Assembly (NCBI RefSeq): GCF_030144855.1
Contig: NC_082714.1
Location: 94,054,001-94,118,000 of the forward strand
DNA: 64,000 bases
Source: Hypanus sabinus
Taxonomy: Eukaryota
Direction: 5' to 3'
Shown: piece after piece, positions 62,978 to 64,000 of the stretch
Layout: each line of letters starts with the position of its first letter
Position numbering within the stretch: position 1 is the first letter of the stretch
Translations under genes and position numbers: made by a program
Notes under the pieces: generated by a model
What the model saw: the letters and a program-made list of their open reading frames with translations, nothing else
What the model was told of the DNA's origin: nothing
The model's database searches: none

Positions 62978-63990
62978 GTGAGCGACCCGAGTTCCGAGAA
63001 AAGAAGAGCTTGGGCAGCTTGTTTCGAGGGAATGCTGATCGTTAACTAACTGAAGGGATTTGGTGGAATAATTCAGTGGATTCTAATACCAGAGGACATG
63101 CATTTAAGTTGAAATGGTGTAGTTTCGAAGAAGATGTGAAGTGCAGATAACGGTGGTGCCTGGAATACGCTGGGGAGGTGATAGGGGCAGACAGATTAGG
63201 GATTTCTATAATACGTTTATATAGGCGCATTGATACGAGGAAAGTGGACGTTGTGTCGACAGAAGAGATTAGATGGTCACTTGGTTATTAATTTAATTGG
63301 TTCAGCACAAAAGGGCCCGTTACTCTGCTGTACTGTTCTATATTCTATGTCGATATTTTTGTTTAACCACCGATACCGAAATCGGAGAAAGAAGGTAGAA
63401 TTAGGAAGTTAGATTACGCTGGAGAGGAGGTGCGGTAAATTAATTCCCACCAGGGAATGAAGTAACTGGAAGGATTTGTAATGGAGTTTTAAGAAGGGGA
63501 TTTAGATGCAATTATGAGAGCAGAGCAGCCGGTAAAACAATTAACTGTAGAGACTGAGCATGCTGCTCTTTCTGTGTTCCAAATACTCAATTCGTAAAAA
63601 GATGGCGCGCGGATAAAGTCGCTGTGAGAAATCCACTCTGTGATCAAATCTTCCTTCTCTCAGTTTCTATGTCTCAGGCCGCCTTGTTCCAGTTTCCGCC
63701 GATTCAGACCATCCCTGTCGGAGGTCGGGCCATCCTGAATTGTAGCCGGGACACCGGTGCGTTTTCTTCTATAATTTGGTATAAACGGAGTGACCAAAGG
63801 CATCTGCAGTTCGTTTATAGGGTGGGCAAATTCGTGAAAGCGCAGGGGAGGTTCTCGGGGCAGGTGGACGAAAAATCGGCCACTTACTCCCTGGAGATTG
63901 AAAACGTCCAGCAAAATGATTCCGGAATCTACTTCTGCGCACACCAGCTCTATGGCGAGTTCGGCAATGGATCCAATCTCGTGGTCTCAG
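62935..63990 (+). CDS. Non-rearranging VJ-type IgSF receptor gene (antigen-receptor-like; VJC1/NITR/NKp30-type architecture), 5' part; join(62935..62977,63664..63990,>window end)
   Basis: Spliced: MRCCAVFALSFLVQVSMS-QAALFQFPPIQTIPVGGRAILNCSRDTGAFSSIIWYKRSDQRHLQFVYRVGKFVKAQGRFSGQVDEKSATYSLEIENVQQNDSGIYFCAHQLYGEFGNGSNLVVS(G). No stops; both introns phase 1. Absent from the ORF track. Confidence 0.9.
63040..63350 (+). mobile_element. CR1 3' UTR remnant within the leader-V intron
   Basis: ctaataccagaggacatgcatttaag...ggtggtgcctggaatacgctg...ggcacaaaagggcccgttactctgctgtactgttcta. Confidence 0.7.
63664..63990 (+). CDS. Single-exon VJ (V-set) domain
   Basis: Acceptor ttccttctctcag| at 63663; Cys 63741-63743, Trp 63777-63779, DSGIYFC Cys 63936-63938, FGNG from 63960; donor CAG|GTAACC at 63991; 327 nt, phase 1/1. 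Confidence 0.92.
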
Positions 63991-64000
63991 GTAACCCGCA

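Noticed and set aside
63560-63593. Alternative leader MLLFLCSKYSI with donor GTAAAA just upstream of the VJ exon
   Set aside because: Phase-compatible, but weak donor and poor hydrophobic core; 62935-62977 is clearly better.
63660-63944. 94-aa minus-strand ORF at window end
   Set aside because: Antisense shadow of the plus-strand VJ exon.
1-64000. Recombination signal sequences
   Set aside because: The CACAGTG/CACTGTG heptamers I checked (e.g. near 993, 10554, 22174, 23264, 31124, 34710, 60706, 62651) lack a nonamer at 12 or 23 bp; no rearranging segment is supported. Manual scan, not exhaustive.
1-64000. CRISPR arrays, rRNA, tRNA or prokaryotic operons
   Set aside because: None seen; sequence is spliceosomal-intron-containing vertebrate DNA, and the 40-bp repeat has no unique spacers.

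Overview
Eukaryotic, TE-dense genomic window with four N-gaps. The gene and repeat content indicates a cartilaginous fish, most likely a ray/skate (inference). No tools were run; all calls come from hand reading and translation. Two immunoglobulin-superfamily genes lie on the + strand, and the supplied ORF track captures them only partly or not at all. (1) 2456-4952: a complete three-exon, germline-joined (V and J fused, no RSS) Ig light chain of the type I/NS5 (sigma-cart) class. Its 244-aa ORF and splice sites are intact, but the first Cys of the C domain is Phe and the J FGxG motif reads IGPG. (2) 62935->63990: the leader exon and a complete single-exon VJ-type domain (C-W-C, FGNGSNLVV) of a different, non-rearranging antigen-receptor-like gene that runs off the window end. 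Most of the ~58 kb between them is retroelement debris: many CR1 LINEs, a near full-length degraded L1 plus a 5'-only L1, Gypsy-like solo LTRs in nested stacks, three tandem R4-clade (REL-endonuclease) copies, Rex/Babar and Tc1 fragments, and Penelope-type mini-elements. One mini-element retains a full minimal hammerhead-ribozyme core (20537-20570, - strand). TE boundaries are approximate unless a TSD is quoted.
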